Source: an uncultured Anaerolineae bacterium
Lineage (GTDB): Bacteria; Chloroflexota; Anaerolineae; VGOG01
Direction of reading: 5' to 3'
Assembly (NCBI GenBank): GCA_964390805.1
Contig: CAYMKL010000022.1
Location: 5,128-69,127, forward strand
DNA: 64,000 bases
A program made the position numbers and the translations under genes. Positions 45,253 through 53,748 of the stretch are shown here, in pieces. The stretch's first letter is position 1. Every line of letters begins with the position of its first letter. The notes below the pieces were generated by a model, which saw only the letters and a list, made by a program, of their open reading frames with translations, searched no databases and was not told the origin of the DNA.

Positions 45253-46068
45253 ATGGCCATACAAGAAAACGAGGTAAGGGAAATAGTGAAGCGAGTCTTG
45301 CTACGGACCCTCGGCATGGGCGAGGCTGATGAGCCCCGCGCCTCATCTCCGCCTGGCATGGCGAAGCGCTCCCTGATAACTGAAAAGGACGTGGAGGCTG
45401 TTCCCCCAGGGGGTGAATTGCATTTCCCCGCTGGAGCCATAGTCACCCCCAGGGCTCGGGAGGCGGCCATGGAAAGAAAGATTGCCCTCTCCCCCGAGCC
45501 TGGCCCTTCACTACGGCCAGGACTTCGTCGAGCTCAGTCGAGACGCTCAGTGCAAGCGACTATGCTCAGGACAGGCTCCATCAGCACTCTGAGCGGAGCC
45601 CCAAATCCTGGTAGCAAAGTTATCGCCCTCGGCGCTGACCACGGCGGCTTTGCCATGAAAGAGACTCTCAAGGCCTACCTCCAGGAACTTGGCTACGCCA
45701 TCAAGGATTGCGGCGCCTTCAGCAGCCAATCGGTAGATTACCCCGATTTCGCCTACGCCGTGGCCAAACTGGTCTCCGAGGGCCAGGCCTGGCGGGGGAT
45801 CATGATTGACGGCGCAGGGATTGGCTCCTGCATGGCAGCCAACAAGGTGCCAGGGGTGCGGGCCAGCTTATGCTATGATCTCTCCACCGCCGTAAACGCC
45901 CGCGAGCACAACGACGCCAATGTATTGACGTTAGGCGGGCATCTCATCGCCGAGGGCCTGGCCAAGCAGATCGTGAAGACGTGGCTGGATACAAAATTCG
46001 CTGGCGGCCGTCACGAGCGCAGAGTGAACAAGATCATGGGCATCGAGAAACGATTCCTGCGGAAATGA
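45253..46068 (+). CDS. rpiB: RpiB/LacA/LacB-family sugar-phosphate isomerase with ~125-aa N-terminal extension
   Basis: The catalytic domain starts at about aa 128 (KVIALGADHGGFAMKETL..GIGSCMAANKVPGVRA..HNDANVL). The extension has an amphipathic helix ENEVREIVKRVLLRTL and a repeat-derived linker. An internal ATG (about 45562) could give a stand-alone RpiB. Confidence 0.8.
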   Translation: MAIQENEVREIVKRVLLRTLGMGEADEPRASSPPGMAKRSLITEKDVEAVPPGGELHFPAGAIVTPRAREAAMERKIALSPEPGPSLRPGLRRAQSRRSVQATMLRTGSISTLSGAPNPGSKVIALGADHGGFAMKETLKAYLQELGYAIKDCGAFSSQSVDYPDFAYAVAKLVSEGQAWRGIMIDGAGIGSCMAANKVPGVRASLCYDLSTAVNAREHNDANVLTLGGHLIAEGLAKQIVKTWLDTKFAGGRHERRVNKIMGIEKRFLRK

Positions 46069-46074
46069 GGAGAC

Positions 46075-46953
46075 ATGGAGCTGGATAGAGCAGCCGTAGA
46101 ACAACTGGTAGAACGGATCACCAAAGAGGTGCTGATCCTGTTGCAGGAGGAAGAGGCCGGCGCCCAATCAGGATCGGAGTGCTTGACTTGCAACGGCCAG
46201 TGCACCGAGAAGTGCCCGGACAAGACCCAGGAAGTGATTGACGCTGGGGCGACCAGGATTGGCAACCCTCTAGGTTCCACTAACGTGGCGGCCAACATCG
46301 CTCACATGATTGACCATACCCTGCTCAAAGCGGACGCCAGCCAGGAGCAAATCGCCCAGCTTTGCTACGAGGCCCGCAAGTATGGCTTTGCCGCCGTCTG
46401 CGTCAACCCTGCCAACGTCAAACTGGCCGCTCAACTCCTCAAGGGCGCGCCGGTGGCCATCGCCGCAGTGGTGGGCTTTCCTTTGGGGGCCACCTCGCCT
46501 GAGGTCAAGTCTTACGAGGCACAACAGGCTATTGAGGACGGGTCCACCGAGATTGACATGGTCATCAACGTAGGCGCTCTTAAGTCCAAGGACTACGCGC
46601 TGGTGGAGCGAGACATCGCCACCGTGACGCGCACCTGTCACAACAACCGGGCGGTCTGCAAAGTGATCATCGAGGCTGCCCTGCTGGCGGACGAGGAGAA
46701 GACCAAGTCCTGCCAATTGGCCAAGGCGGCCGGGGCTGACTACGTCAAGACCTCGACCGGCTTTGGGCCCGGAGGGGCTACAGTTGAGGATGTGGCTCTA
46801 ATGCGGCGGGCGGTTGGGCCTGAGATGGGCATCAAGGCAGCGGGGGGCATCAGGACCCTCGAGGCCGTCAAGCAGATGGTCAAGGCCGGGGCTACGCGCA
46901 TCGGAGCCAGCGCGGGGGTGAAGATTGTGCAGGAGGCCAGATCAACAGCCTAG
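46075..46953 (+). CDS. deoC: Deoxyribose-phosphate aldolase (DERA) with ~70-aa N-terminal extension carrying a Cys4 motif
   Basis: The DERA core is IDHTLLKADAS...VCVNP...KVIIEAALL...ADYVKTSTGF (Schiff-base Lys context). The extension is MELDRAAVEQLVERITKEVLILLQ...CLTCNGQCTEKCP. Confidence 0.85.
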   Translation: MELDRAAVEQLVERITKEVLILLQEEEAGAQSGSECLTCNGQCTEKCPDKTQEVIDAGATRIGNPLGSTNVAANIAHMIDHTLLKADASQEQIAQLCYEARKYGFAAVCVNPANVKLAAQLLKGAPVAIAAVVGFPLGATSPEVKSYEAQQAIEDGSTEIDMVINVGALKSKDYALVERDIATVTRTCHNNRAVCKVIIEAALLADEEKTKSCQLAKAAGADYVKTSTGFGPGGATVEDVALMRRAVGPEMGIKAAGGIRTLEAVKQMVKAGATRIGASAGVKIVQEARSTA

Positions 46954-47098
46954 CGCGTTTATTAGTTCATCCCCAGGAATGAGGAATCCGTTCGCCCAGC
47001 GCGGGTGGCGAAATGGAGAACAGGACGACAACTTGGTTGTCAGATAGGATGCAGCAGCGACCGGCGTGTTGTCAGCAAAAAGAAATGGAGACGAAAGC

Positions 47099-47549
47099 GT
47101 GACCAGCCTTTATCTCGATATGAACATCTATAACCGGCCGTTTGACGACCAAAGTCAGATGCGTATCCAATTGGAGACGGTCGCGATCACGATGATTTTC
47201 GCCCTGATCGAGAGCGGTTGCTTTTCTGCCCGATGGTCATTTGTGTTGGAGTTATGAGAATAGCCGCAATCCTTTCTCAGAACGCAAGGCATTTGTTCAC
47301 TATCTGGCCCAGGCTTGTGATAGCACAGTTGAGCCTGATGAACCCATCAGGAAACTAGCCAAGGAGTTGTCAGAGAGCCACCAGATTCGAGGGCGAGACG
47401 CACTTCACCTGGCATGCGCAGAGTTATCTGGATGCGACTATCTGGTCACTTGCGATGATCGCTTGAACCGCCAGGGAAAGCGGTTGAGAGAGAATGGCAC
47501 GCTAACAGTGAAGGTTATCAACCCGCTAGACTTGTTGAGGGAGGTGTAA
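47099..47549 (+). pseudogene. PIN-domain toxin gene disrupted by a +1 frameshift
   Basis: GTG at 47099 gives MTSLYLDMNIYNRPFDDQSQMRIQLE...RWSFVLE, stopping at 47257. The next frame continues YENSRNPFSERK...RDALHLACAE..DYLVTCDD. An extra T at 47252/47253 (GAG T TAT GAG) accounts for the break. Confidence 0.6.
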
Positions 47550-47550
47550 G

Positions 47551-47781
47551 ATGATATTGACAAACCAACGATTTGATCATTCCGACGTAGCTTTGCGAGA
47601 GATCGGATTCATGGTCCTGGTGCGATCTCTGGGATATGCGGATACACTTCGCTTCCTCAACCAACTGCTCCCCGGCCAAGGGGACTATTTGGAATGGCAG
47701 GACCAGATCTTTGGGGAGGCAAGTGTTGACGAAATCTACGAACAAGCTCAAAAACATTGGAAGCATCCTCCCGCATGCTGA
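47551..47781 (+). CDS. Small protein, probable cognate partner of the PIN gene
   Basis: 76 aa. The ATG lies 1 nt after the PIN stop and the SD is GGGAGGTG. Confidence 0.5.
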   Translation: MILTNQRFDHSDVALREIGFMVLVRSLGYADTLRFLNQLLPGQGDYLEWQDQIFGEASVDEIYEQAQKHWKHPPAC

Positions 47782-48077
47782 AAGTTCGAGATTTTGTAGA
47801 AGCCCGGATTTACGATGACGAAGAAGCCGTCATCCAAGATGCGTTGCGTCACTTGCTGCGTGCACGCACCGATTTGCGTACCCAACTAGCAGTCCACCGT
47901 TACCAGACTGAGGAGATTTCGCTGGCCAAGGCAGCCAGCCTGGCCGGAGTTAGTTGGGCGCAAATGAAGGATATTTTGGCAGAACGCGGTATTCAGCCCC
48001 GACTTGGTCCAGAAACTATAGCGGAGGCCAAGGAAGAAGTTGAAACATTGCGCGACCACTTTGCAGGGCAACGATGA
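47775..48077 (+). CDS. UPF0175-family antitoxin-like protein
   Basis: ATG at 47775. It contains ...EEISLAKAASLAGVSWAQMKDILAERGI. Its stop overlaps the next ATG (ATGA). Confidence 0.6.
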   Translation: MLKVRDFVEARIYDDEEAVIQDALRHLLRARTDLRTQLAVHRYQTEEISLAKAASLAGVSWAQMKDILAERGIQPRLGPETIAEAKEEVETLRDHFAGQR

Positions 48078-48309
48078 ACATCATCGCCAACACTACAGTA
48101 ATATCAAACTTTGCCGCCATTGCCAACTCGATCTGCTGCGCTAATTCTACGGTGTCGTGCACATCCCGGCCGAAGTGTACGAAGCGGGAGTGAGGATCGT
48201 GCAGGAGGCCAAAGCAGCGGCCCGACACGCTAATACCGCTCGAGTCTGTTTCATAAAATTCGTAGCAAGCCATTCCAAGACCGAGGACTGTAAGAGGCGA
48301 AAGCGCTGA
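48074..48309 (+). pseudogene. Decayed DUF3368 (PIN-like) toxin remnant
   Basis: It starts MNIIANTTVISNFAAIA. The family-typical QLDLLR then lies in another frame, followed by an in-frame TAA and FYGVVHIPAEVYEAG. So there is a frameshift plus a nonsense codon. Confidence 0.45.
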
Positions 48310-48321
48310 TTACAGCACCCG

Positions 48322-48359
48322 CAAAAAGAAAAAGCCCCTCCGAGTTTGGAGGGGCTTTT
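48322..48359 (-). terminator. Rho-independent terminator of groES-groEL
   Basis: On the minus strand, AAGCCCCTCC-aaactc-GGAGGGGCTT is followed by TTTTCTTTTT. Confidence 0.8.
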
Positions 48360-48369
48360 CACGCATTGC

Positions 48370-50001
48370 CTAATACTGAGGCATAGGCGGTGCGGGCGGT
48401 GGGGTTTCTTCGGGAATCTCAGTGATCAGAGCCTCGGTGGTGAGGATCATGGCCGCGATGCTGGCCGCGTTCTCCACCGCGCTTCGGGTTACCTTGGCCG
48501 GATCAATGATCCCCTTCTCCACCATATCTCCATAATCATTGGCGATCACGTCATAGCCTATCTTGTCGTTCTTCTTCTCTTCCTGAGATCTCCTCACATT
48601 CTGCACTACCACAGCCCCGTCCATGCCGGCGTTCTGAACGATCCCCCGCATGGGCTCCTCCAGGGCTCTCCTGAAGATATTCACCCCTGTCTGCTCGTCG
48701 AGGAGGTCCATTTTGATATCACCCAGGACTGGCACAGCATTGATGAGGGCCACCCCGCCTCCGGGGACGATCCCCTCTTCCACAGCAGCCCTGGTGGCCG
48801 AGAGGGCATCCTCGACGCGGTGCTTCTTCTCTTTCAGCTCCACCTCGGTGGCGGCGCCGACTTTGATGACTGCCACTCCACCGGTCAGCTTGGCCAGCCG
48901 CTCTTGCAGTTTCTCCTTGTCGTAATCGGAAGTACTCTTCTCGACTTCAACCCTGATCTGCTCCATGCGGCCCTTGATCTCTTTATCAGAGCCCTTGCCC
49001 TCGATGACGGTGGTGTTGTCCTTGCTGGACACGACCTTGCGGGCCTGGCCCAGGTCGCTGATCTGTGCCGTCTCCAGCTTGCGGCCCATCTCTTCGGTGA
49101 TCACCTGACCGCCGGTGAGGATGGCGATGTCCTGTAGCATGGCCTTGCGCCGGTCGCCAAATCCAGGGGCCTTCACGGCTAGCAAGCTGAAAGTGCCCCG
49201 CAGCTTGTTGAGGACCAGTGTCGCCAACGCCTCTCCATCCACGTCTTCAGCGATGACTACCAGCTCGCGCTTTCCCACCTGCACCAGTTTCTCCAAAACG
49301 GGGATGATGTCGGTGGCGGCGGAGATCTTCTTGTCGTGGATCAGGATGTAGGGCTCTTCCAGCTCGGCCTGCATGGCCTCAGGATTGGTGATAAAGTAAG
49401 GGGACATGTACCCCCTATCGAACTGCATGCCCTCCACGTACTCGGTCTCGAAGGCCAACCCCCTCGACTCCTCGACGGTGATCACACCGTCCTTGCCAAC
49501 CTTGTCCATCACCTCGGCGATGAGAGCTCCGATCTCCTTGTCATTGGCCGAGATGGCGGCCACGTTGGCGATCTCATCCTTGGTGATCAGATTCTTGGAC
49601 TGTCCCTTGATGGCCTCCACGATGGCCCCAGTCGCCCTCTCAATGCCCCTCTTGATGAGCATGGGGTTGGCTCCAGCGGCCACGTTCTTCAGCCCTTCAT
49701 TGACGATCATGTGGGCCAGGACTGTGGCGGTGGTGGTGCCGTCTCCGGCCACGTCGTTAGTCTTGGTGGCTGCTTCTTTGAGGAGCTGGGCGCCCATGTT
49801 TTCGTAGGGATCCTCCAGCTCTATCTCCTTGGCCACGGTTACGCCGTCGTGAGTGATGGTGGGAGCTCCCCACTTCTTGTCCAGGGCCACGTTGCGTCCC
49901 TTCGGCCCCAGGGTTGTACCCACTGCGTTGGCCATGACGTCAATTCCCTTTTTCAGGGACCTTCTAGCTTCTTCTGAGAAAATAAGTTGTTTTGCAGGCA
50001 T
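48370..50001 (-). CDS. groL: Chaperonin GroEL
   Basis: 543 aa containing [12 protein letters not shown] and [15 protein letters not shown]. The C-terminus is Pro-rich rather than GGM. Confidence 0.97.
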   Translation of the reverse strand: MPAKQLIFSEEARRSLKKGIDVMANAVGTTLGPKGRNVALDKKWGAPTITHDGVTVAKEIELEDPYENMGAQLLKEAATKTNDVAGDGTTTATVLAHMIVNEGLKNVAAGANPMLIKRGIERATGAIVEAIKGQSKNLITKDEIANVAAISANDKEIGALIAEVMDKVGKDGVITVEESRGLAFETEYVEGMQFDRGYMSPYFITNPEAMQAELEEPYILIHDKKISAATDIIPVLEKLVQVGKRELVVIAEDVDGEALATLVLNKLRGTFSLLAVKAPGFGDRRKAMLQDIAILTGGQVITEEMGRKLETAQISDLGQARKVVSSKDNTTVIEGKGSDKEIKGRMEQIRVEVEKSTSDYDKEKLQERLAKLTGGVAVIKVGAATEVELKEKKHRVEDALSATRAAVEEGIVPGGGVALINAVPVLGDIKMDLLDEQTGVNIFRRALEEPMRGIVQNAGMDGAVVVQNVRRSQEEKKNDKIGYDVIANDYGDMVEKGIIDPAKVTRSAVENAASIAAMILTTEALITEIPEETPPPAPPMPQY

Positions 50002-50019
50002 AGTTTTAATCTCCTTTTC

Positions 50020-50316
50020 TTATTCCACTATTGCCAGGATATCGCTCTCTCTGAGCACCAGGACCTTGCGGTCAGTCTCCAGCTTGACCTCGGTGCCGGC
50101 GTACTTGGCAAAGAGAACGCGGTCCCCCTCCTTGACGTCCATGGGGATGCGCTTTCCCTCTTCGTCGCGGCGGCCTGGGCCAACGGCCAAGACCTCACCC
50201 TCCTGCGGCTTCTCCTTGGCCGTCTCCGGAAGGACGATACCGCTGGCCGTCACTTCCTCCTTCTCGATGGGCTCCACAATCAGACGGTCGCCCAAGGGCT
50301 TCAGCTTAATTGACAT
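50020..50316 (-). CDS. groS: Co-chaperonin GroES
   Basis: [16 protein letters not shown]...GEVLAVGPG. The ATG at 50316 lies 8 nt after GGAGGT. The track start is 50331. Confidence 0.95.
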   Translation of the reverse strand: MSIKLKPLGDRLIVEPIEKEEVTASGIVLPETAKEKPQEGEVLAVGPGRRDEEGKRIPMDVKEGDRVLFAKYAGTEVKLETDRKVLVLRESDILAIVE

Positions 50317-50354
50317 TTTTCCTACCTCCATTTACGATTTTTAGTTTTCACATT

Positions 50355-50381
50355 TTAGCACTCTCAGCTCGAGAGTGCTAA
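50355..50381. promoter_or_regulatory. CIRCE operator (HrcA binding site), perfect consensus
   Basis: TTAGCACTC-tcagctcga-GAGTGCTAA, upstream of groES. Confidence 0.9.
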
Positions 50382-50392
50382 AAGCGATACAT

Positions 50393-50421
50393 ATAATACC
50401 ACAAAATCGCCAAACGCGCAA
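50393..50421 (-). promoter_or_regulatory. groESL promoter-like TTGCGC-17-TATTAT
   Basis: The minus strand reads TTGCGC gtttggcgattttgtgg TATTAT, ending 11 nt before CIRCE. Confidence 0.5.
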
Positions 50422-50444
50422 ATCGCACTTTGCCCGCCGGCAGG

Positions 50445-51326
50445 CTAAGTCAGCAGTTCTGCCTGGCGCAAGATTCCCCGTATCTCCTCGACCTCTTCGG
50501 GGCGGGGATAGAAGAGCGGCGAACGTGGGCTCCCACCATAGTAGCCCAGAAGGTCCAGTGCCGCCTTCAGGCCACCGATGCCGAATTGGCTGGTCACGGC
50601 TCGGCCAACGGGCATGAGCTTGTAATGCAGGGCCCGTGCTTCGTTGAGCTTGCCCTGGTCAAACAGTTCTTTGATAGCCACACATTCCCTCGGAGCGACG
50701 TTAGCCAGGGCTAAAATGGCCCCTATCGCTCCTACACCCAGAGCGCTGTAATAAGTTGGGGCATTGCCCACCAAAACCTCGAAATTCGGTGGGGCCAGGC
50801 GGATGATCTCAATGAGCTGACCGATGTTTCCCGCGCTATCTTTCATCCCCACGATGTTGGGATGCTCTGCCAGCCTGGCCACCAACGTCGGAGCGATGTT
50901 TAGCCCCGTAAACTTCGGCACGTTGTAGACCAGGATGGGAATGGGCGAAGCGTCTGCGAGGGAGACGTAGTGGCGATGGAGGGCCTCAGGGGTCATCTGC
51001 CCTTTGTAATAGGACGGGGTCACGACCAAAGCTCCATCTGCTCCCAGGTCAGCCGCCGTCTGAGTGCTCTCAATGGTCAGCCTGGTTGACTCGTGGCCAG
51101 TGCCCACAACGAGCAACTTGCTGCTGGGGATAGCCTTTCGTGCGGTAGCGATCACCGCCCGCTTCTCGGCCTCGCTCAGGTACACGTTCTCTCCGTTGGA
51201 GCCCAGGACGACGTAGCCCGCCAGCCCTGTCTGGTTCCACCTGGCGATGTTCTCTTCTAGTTTGTCATGAGCTACCTCGCCATCGCTGAAAGGGGTGGGA
51301 ATGGGGGGAAACACGCCTTCAAACAT
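50445..51326 (-). CDS. dapA: Dihydrodipicolinate synthase family protein (4-hydroxy-tetrahydrodipicolinate synthase-like)
   Basis: 293 aa containing [13 protein letters not shown] and [11 protein letters not shown] (Schiff-base Lys context). Its start overlaps the lysS stop (TAATG). It could be another DHDPS/NAL-family aldolase. Confidence 0.65.
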   Translation of the reverse strand: MFEGVFPPIPTPFSDGEVAHDKLEENIARWNQTGLAGYVVLGSNGENVYLSEAEKRAVIATARKAIPSSKLLVVGTGHESTRLTIESTQTAADLGADGALVVTPSYYKGQMTPEALHRHYVSLADASPIPILVYNVPKFTGLNIAPTLVARLAEHPNIVGMKDSAGNIGQLIEIIRLAPPNFEVLVGNAPTYYSALGVGAIGAILALANVAPRECVAIKELFDQGKLNEARALHYKLMPVGRAVTSQFGIGGLKAALDLLGYYGGSPRSPLFYPRPEEVEEIRGILRQAELLT

Positions 51327-52798
51327 TAACTCTGCTCCTTTGTCCTCATGTGAGGGAAGAGGATGACCTCGCGGATAGAAACCTGGTCGGTCAACAACAT
51401 GGTCAAGCGATCAATGCCCATGCCAAAGCCTCCTGTCGGAGGCATGCCGTAGCTCAAAGCGGTCAGCCAGTCCCTGTCCATCTGATGAGCATCCTCGTCG
51501 CCAGCCTCGTAAGCGCGTCCGTGGGCCAGGAAGCGCTCCTCCTGATCCAGCGGGTCGTTTAGCTCCGAGTAGGCGTTGCAGATCTCCATACCCCCCGCGA
51601 AGCCCTCGAAACGCTCCACGGTTTCCGAGGAACCTGGCTTTGGCTTAGCCAGGGGTGACAGTTCCAGGGGGTAATCCATCAAGAAAGTGGGCTGGACGAG
51701 CTTGGGCTCCACGTAGTTGGAGAGAAGAGCATCAATGAGCTTGCCTCGAGTGGCCGTGGGATCCACGTTCCCGCCGATGGCCCGAATCGCCTGGTACAAG
51801 CTCTGGGCATCGGGATGCTCCTCATAGTCAATACCCGATTCTTCTTTGATGGCCTGGCGCAGGCTGCGGCGCGGCCAGGGCGGAGCGAGGTCCATCTCGT
51901 TCCCTTGATAGGTAATGCGAGTCGTGCCCAATACCTCCTGGGCTGCGTAGGAGACCATCTGCTCGGCCATCTCCATGACATCGTGGTAATCGGCGTAAGC
52001 CTGGTAGAACTCCAACTGGGTGAACTCAGGGTTGTGCTTATGGGAGACGCCCTCGTTGCGGAAGTCCTTGCCGATCTCGTAGACTCGCTCGTAGCCGCCG
52101 ATAATCAGCCGCTTGAGGTAAAGCTCATCGGAGATGCGGAGATAGAGGTCTTGGTCCAGGATGTTGTGATGGGTGATAAAGGGCCTGGCCGCCGCCCCGC
52201 CGTAGATAGGTTGCAGAACGGGGGTCTCCACCTCCAGGAACCCCCGTTCATCAAGAAAGCGGCGCAGCGCGCTGACAAGGCGGGCCCGGACCACGAAAAC
52301 CTTGCGCACCTCCTCGTTGGCGACCAGGTCCAGGTAGCGCTGACGATAGCGGGTCTCCACGTCCTTGAGGCCGTGCCATTTAGAAGGTAAGGGATGCAGG
52401 GATTTGGCCAGCAGCTCGAAGTCCATCACCTGGAGAGTGATTTCGCCGCTGCGGGTGCGGAAGAGTCGCCCTGCTGCCCCGATGAAATCGCCGATGTCGA
52501 AATCTTGCTTGAAGAATTCGTAGGCCTCCTCCCCCAGAGTGTCCTGACGCAGGTAGATCTGGATGCGCCCGCTGCCGTCTTCGATGTGGGCGAAAGTTGA
52601 CTTGCCCATCACGCGGATGCTCATCAGCCTGCCAACCAGGCTGATCTCGCTCTCCGGTTCGCCCGTTTCGAATTCCAGGACCGCTTCGGCCGCCGTGTGA
52701 CTGCGCTGGGCTCGCGGCGGGTAGGGGTCTATACCCCCTTCTCTGATCCTCTCCAGCTTAACACGTCGCTGTCTCTCCAAATCGCTGAGTCTTTCCAT
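51326..52798 (-). CDS. lysS: Lysine--tRNA ligase, class II
   Basis: 490 aa with an OB-fold N-domain ([18 protein letters not shown]) and the motifs [15 protein letters not shown] and GMGIDRL. Confidence 0.95.
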   Translation of the reverse strand: MERLSDLERQRRVKLERIREGGIDPYPPRAQRSHTAAEAVLEFETGEPESEISLVGRLMSIRVMGKSTFAHIEDGSGRIQIYLRQDTLGEEAYEFFKQDFDIGDFIGAAGRLFRTRSGEITLQVMDFELLAKSLHPLPSKWHGLKDVETRYRQRYLDLVANEEVRKVFVVRARLVSALRRFLDERGFLEVETPVLQPIYGGAAARPFITHHNILDQDLYLRISDELYLKRLIIGGYERVYEIGKDFRNEGVSHKHNPEFTQLEFYQAYADYHDVMEMAEQMVSYAAQEVLGTTRITYQGNEMDLAPPWPRRSLRQAIKEESGIDYEEHPDAQSLYQAIRAIGGNVDPTATRGKLIDALLSNYVEPKLVQPTFLMDYPLELSPLAKPKPGSSETVERFEGFAGGMEICNAYSELNDPLDQEERFLAHGRAYEAGDEDAHQMDRDWLTALSYGMPPTGGFGMGIDRLTMLLTDQVSIREVILFPHMRTKEQS

Positions 52799-52818
52799 TG
52801 CCTGTCCTCGCTTGGCTA

Positions 52819-52924
52819 CTCATTAGTGTCAACTTAAGCTCTGAGCCCCGTCCCTTCGGCGGGCTCAGGACAGGCCCCGGGGCGGTCCGGGGACGGGCCT
52901 TTGAGCCTTAAGTTGACACTAATG
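52819..52924. mobile_element. MITE-like ~106-bp structured element with 18-bp perfect terminal inverted repeats and 8/9-bp direct flanks
   Basis: The TIRs are CATTAGTGTCAACTTAAG (52821-52838) and CTTAAGTTGACACTAATG (52907-52924). (G)CTTGGCTA occurs at 52811-52818 and 52925-52932. The interior has GC-rich sub-hairpins and a CTCAGGAC motif. Confidence 0.55.
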
Positions 52925-52929
52925 CTTGG

Positions 52930-53397
52930 CTATTCGATGGCGATTATCCGGAAACTCAGGATGCCGTCGGGGGCGTTGACGATGACCTCATCGCCGACGC
53001 GGTAACCCAGCAGGGCTTTGCCGAGGGGAGATTCGTTGGAGATGCGGCCACTCCTGGGATCTGCCTCGGCCGAGCCGACGATGTGGTAAGTCTCCGGCTC
53101 CCCGTCGTTCTCCCTCACCGTCACGTGGCCGCCTATGCCCACCCTGTCAGAGGGGCCGCCCTTCTCAATGATCTCGGCGGTTTTCAGGATCATCTCCACA
53201 GTCAAGATGCGGCCCTCAACAAAGGCTTGCTCGTTCTTGGCATCCTCGTACTCAGCGTTCTCCAGGACGTCCTGCCCCTCCAGGACATCGCGCAGGCGCT
53301 GAGCTACCTCTTGACGACGCACGGTACGTAAGTATTCCAGTTCTTCCTCCAGCTTCTTGAGCCCTTCTGGAGTCAAAAAGGTCGTTTGTGCGGTCAT
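52930..53397 (-). CDS. greA: Transcription elongation factor GreA
   Basis: MTAQTTFLTPEGLKKLEEELEYL...AEYEDAK... and C-terminal SNESPLGKALLG..GDEV. The ATG at 53397 is preferred over the TTG at 53415. Confidence 0.9.
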   Translation of the reverse strand: MTAQTTFLTPEGLKKLEEELEYLRTVRRQEVAQRLRDVLEGQDVLENAEYEDAKNEQAFVEGRILTVEMILKTAEIIEKGGPSDRVGIGGHVTVRENDGEPETYHIVGSAEADPRSGRISNESPLGKALLGYRVGDEVIVNAPDGILSFRIIAIE

Positions 53398-53587
53398 GTT
53401 TCCCCCACTTGACAAAGATTAGCCCCCACCGAGTTCGATGAGGAAGCGACTGGATCAAGATATGCGAAAGCCGGCTTATATACGACAAAAACTGAGAGTG
53501 CCCCTCTCAGTCGGTGATCAACCGCGACATATTATAAACCAAATTGGCTTATTTGTAAAGTTTCGCTACCATGCATTTCTCTCAAAG

Positions 53588-53616
53588 TTGACTAAATGGC
53601 GAAAATGGTATATGCT
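53588..53616 (+). promoter_or_regulatory. Promoter-like TTGACT-17-TATGCT upstream of tRNA-Sec
   Basis: ttgact aaatggcgaaaatggta tatgct, 20 nt before the tRNA 5' end. Confidence 0.5.
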
Positions 53617-53636
53617 ATTATCACTGTCGTTATCGA

Positions 53637-53732
53637 GGGAGTGGTTGAGTCCCGGTGGGCTCCGCGGTCTTCAAAACCGTTGGTGGGTGCTGCAGAAGCG
53701 GCCAAGGTGGGTTCGACTCCCATCCACTCCCG
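53637..53732 (+). tRNA. selC: tRNA-Sec (anticodon UCA)
   Basis: 8-bp acceptor stem GGGAGTGG/CCACTCCC, 6-bp D stem GAGTCC/GGGCTC with a 4-nt loop, anticodon loop CTTCAAA, a long variable arm (~26 nt), T arm GTGGG-TTCGACT-CCCAT and discriminator G. No CCA is encoded. Confidence 0.8.
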
Positions 53733-53748
53733 CTATCCCCTCTTTTTT

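Noticed and set aside
43782-48309. Search for microcompartment shell genes (BMC-H/BMC-P) next to rpiB/deoC
   Set aside because: No ORF here or elsewhere in the window shows the BMC-H pattern or a ~90-aa pentamer-type protein. The neighbours are lepB, a lipoprotein and toxin-antitoxin remnants.
52799-52929. Possible T-box or L-box-type riboswitch in front of lysS
   Set aside because: No T-box (AGGGTGGNACCGCG-like) or lysine-riboswitch core could be recognised on the minus strand. Perfect terminal inverted repeats with flanking direct repeats fit a MITE better.
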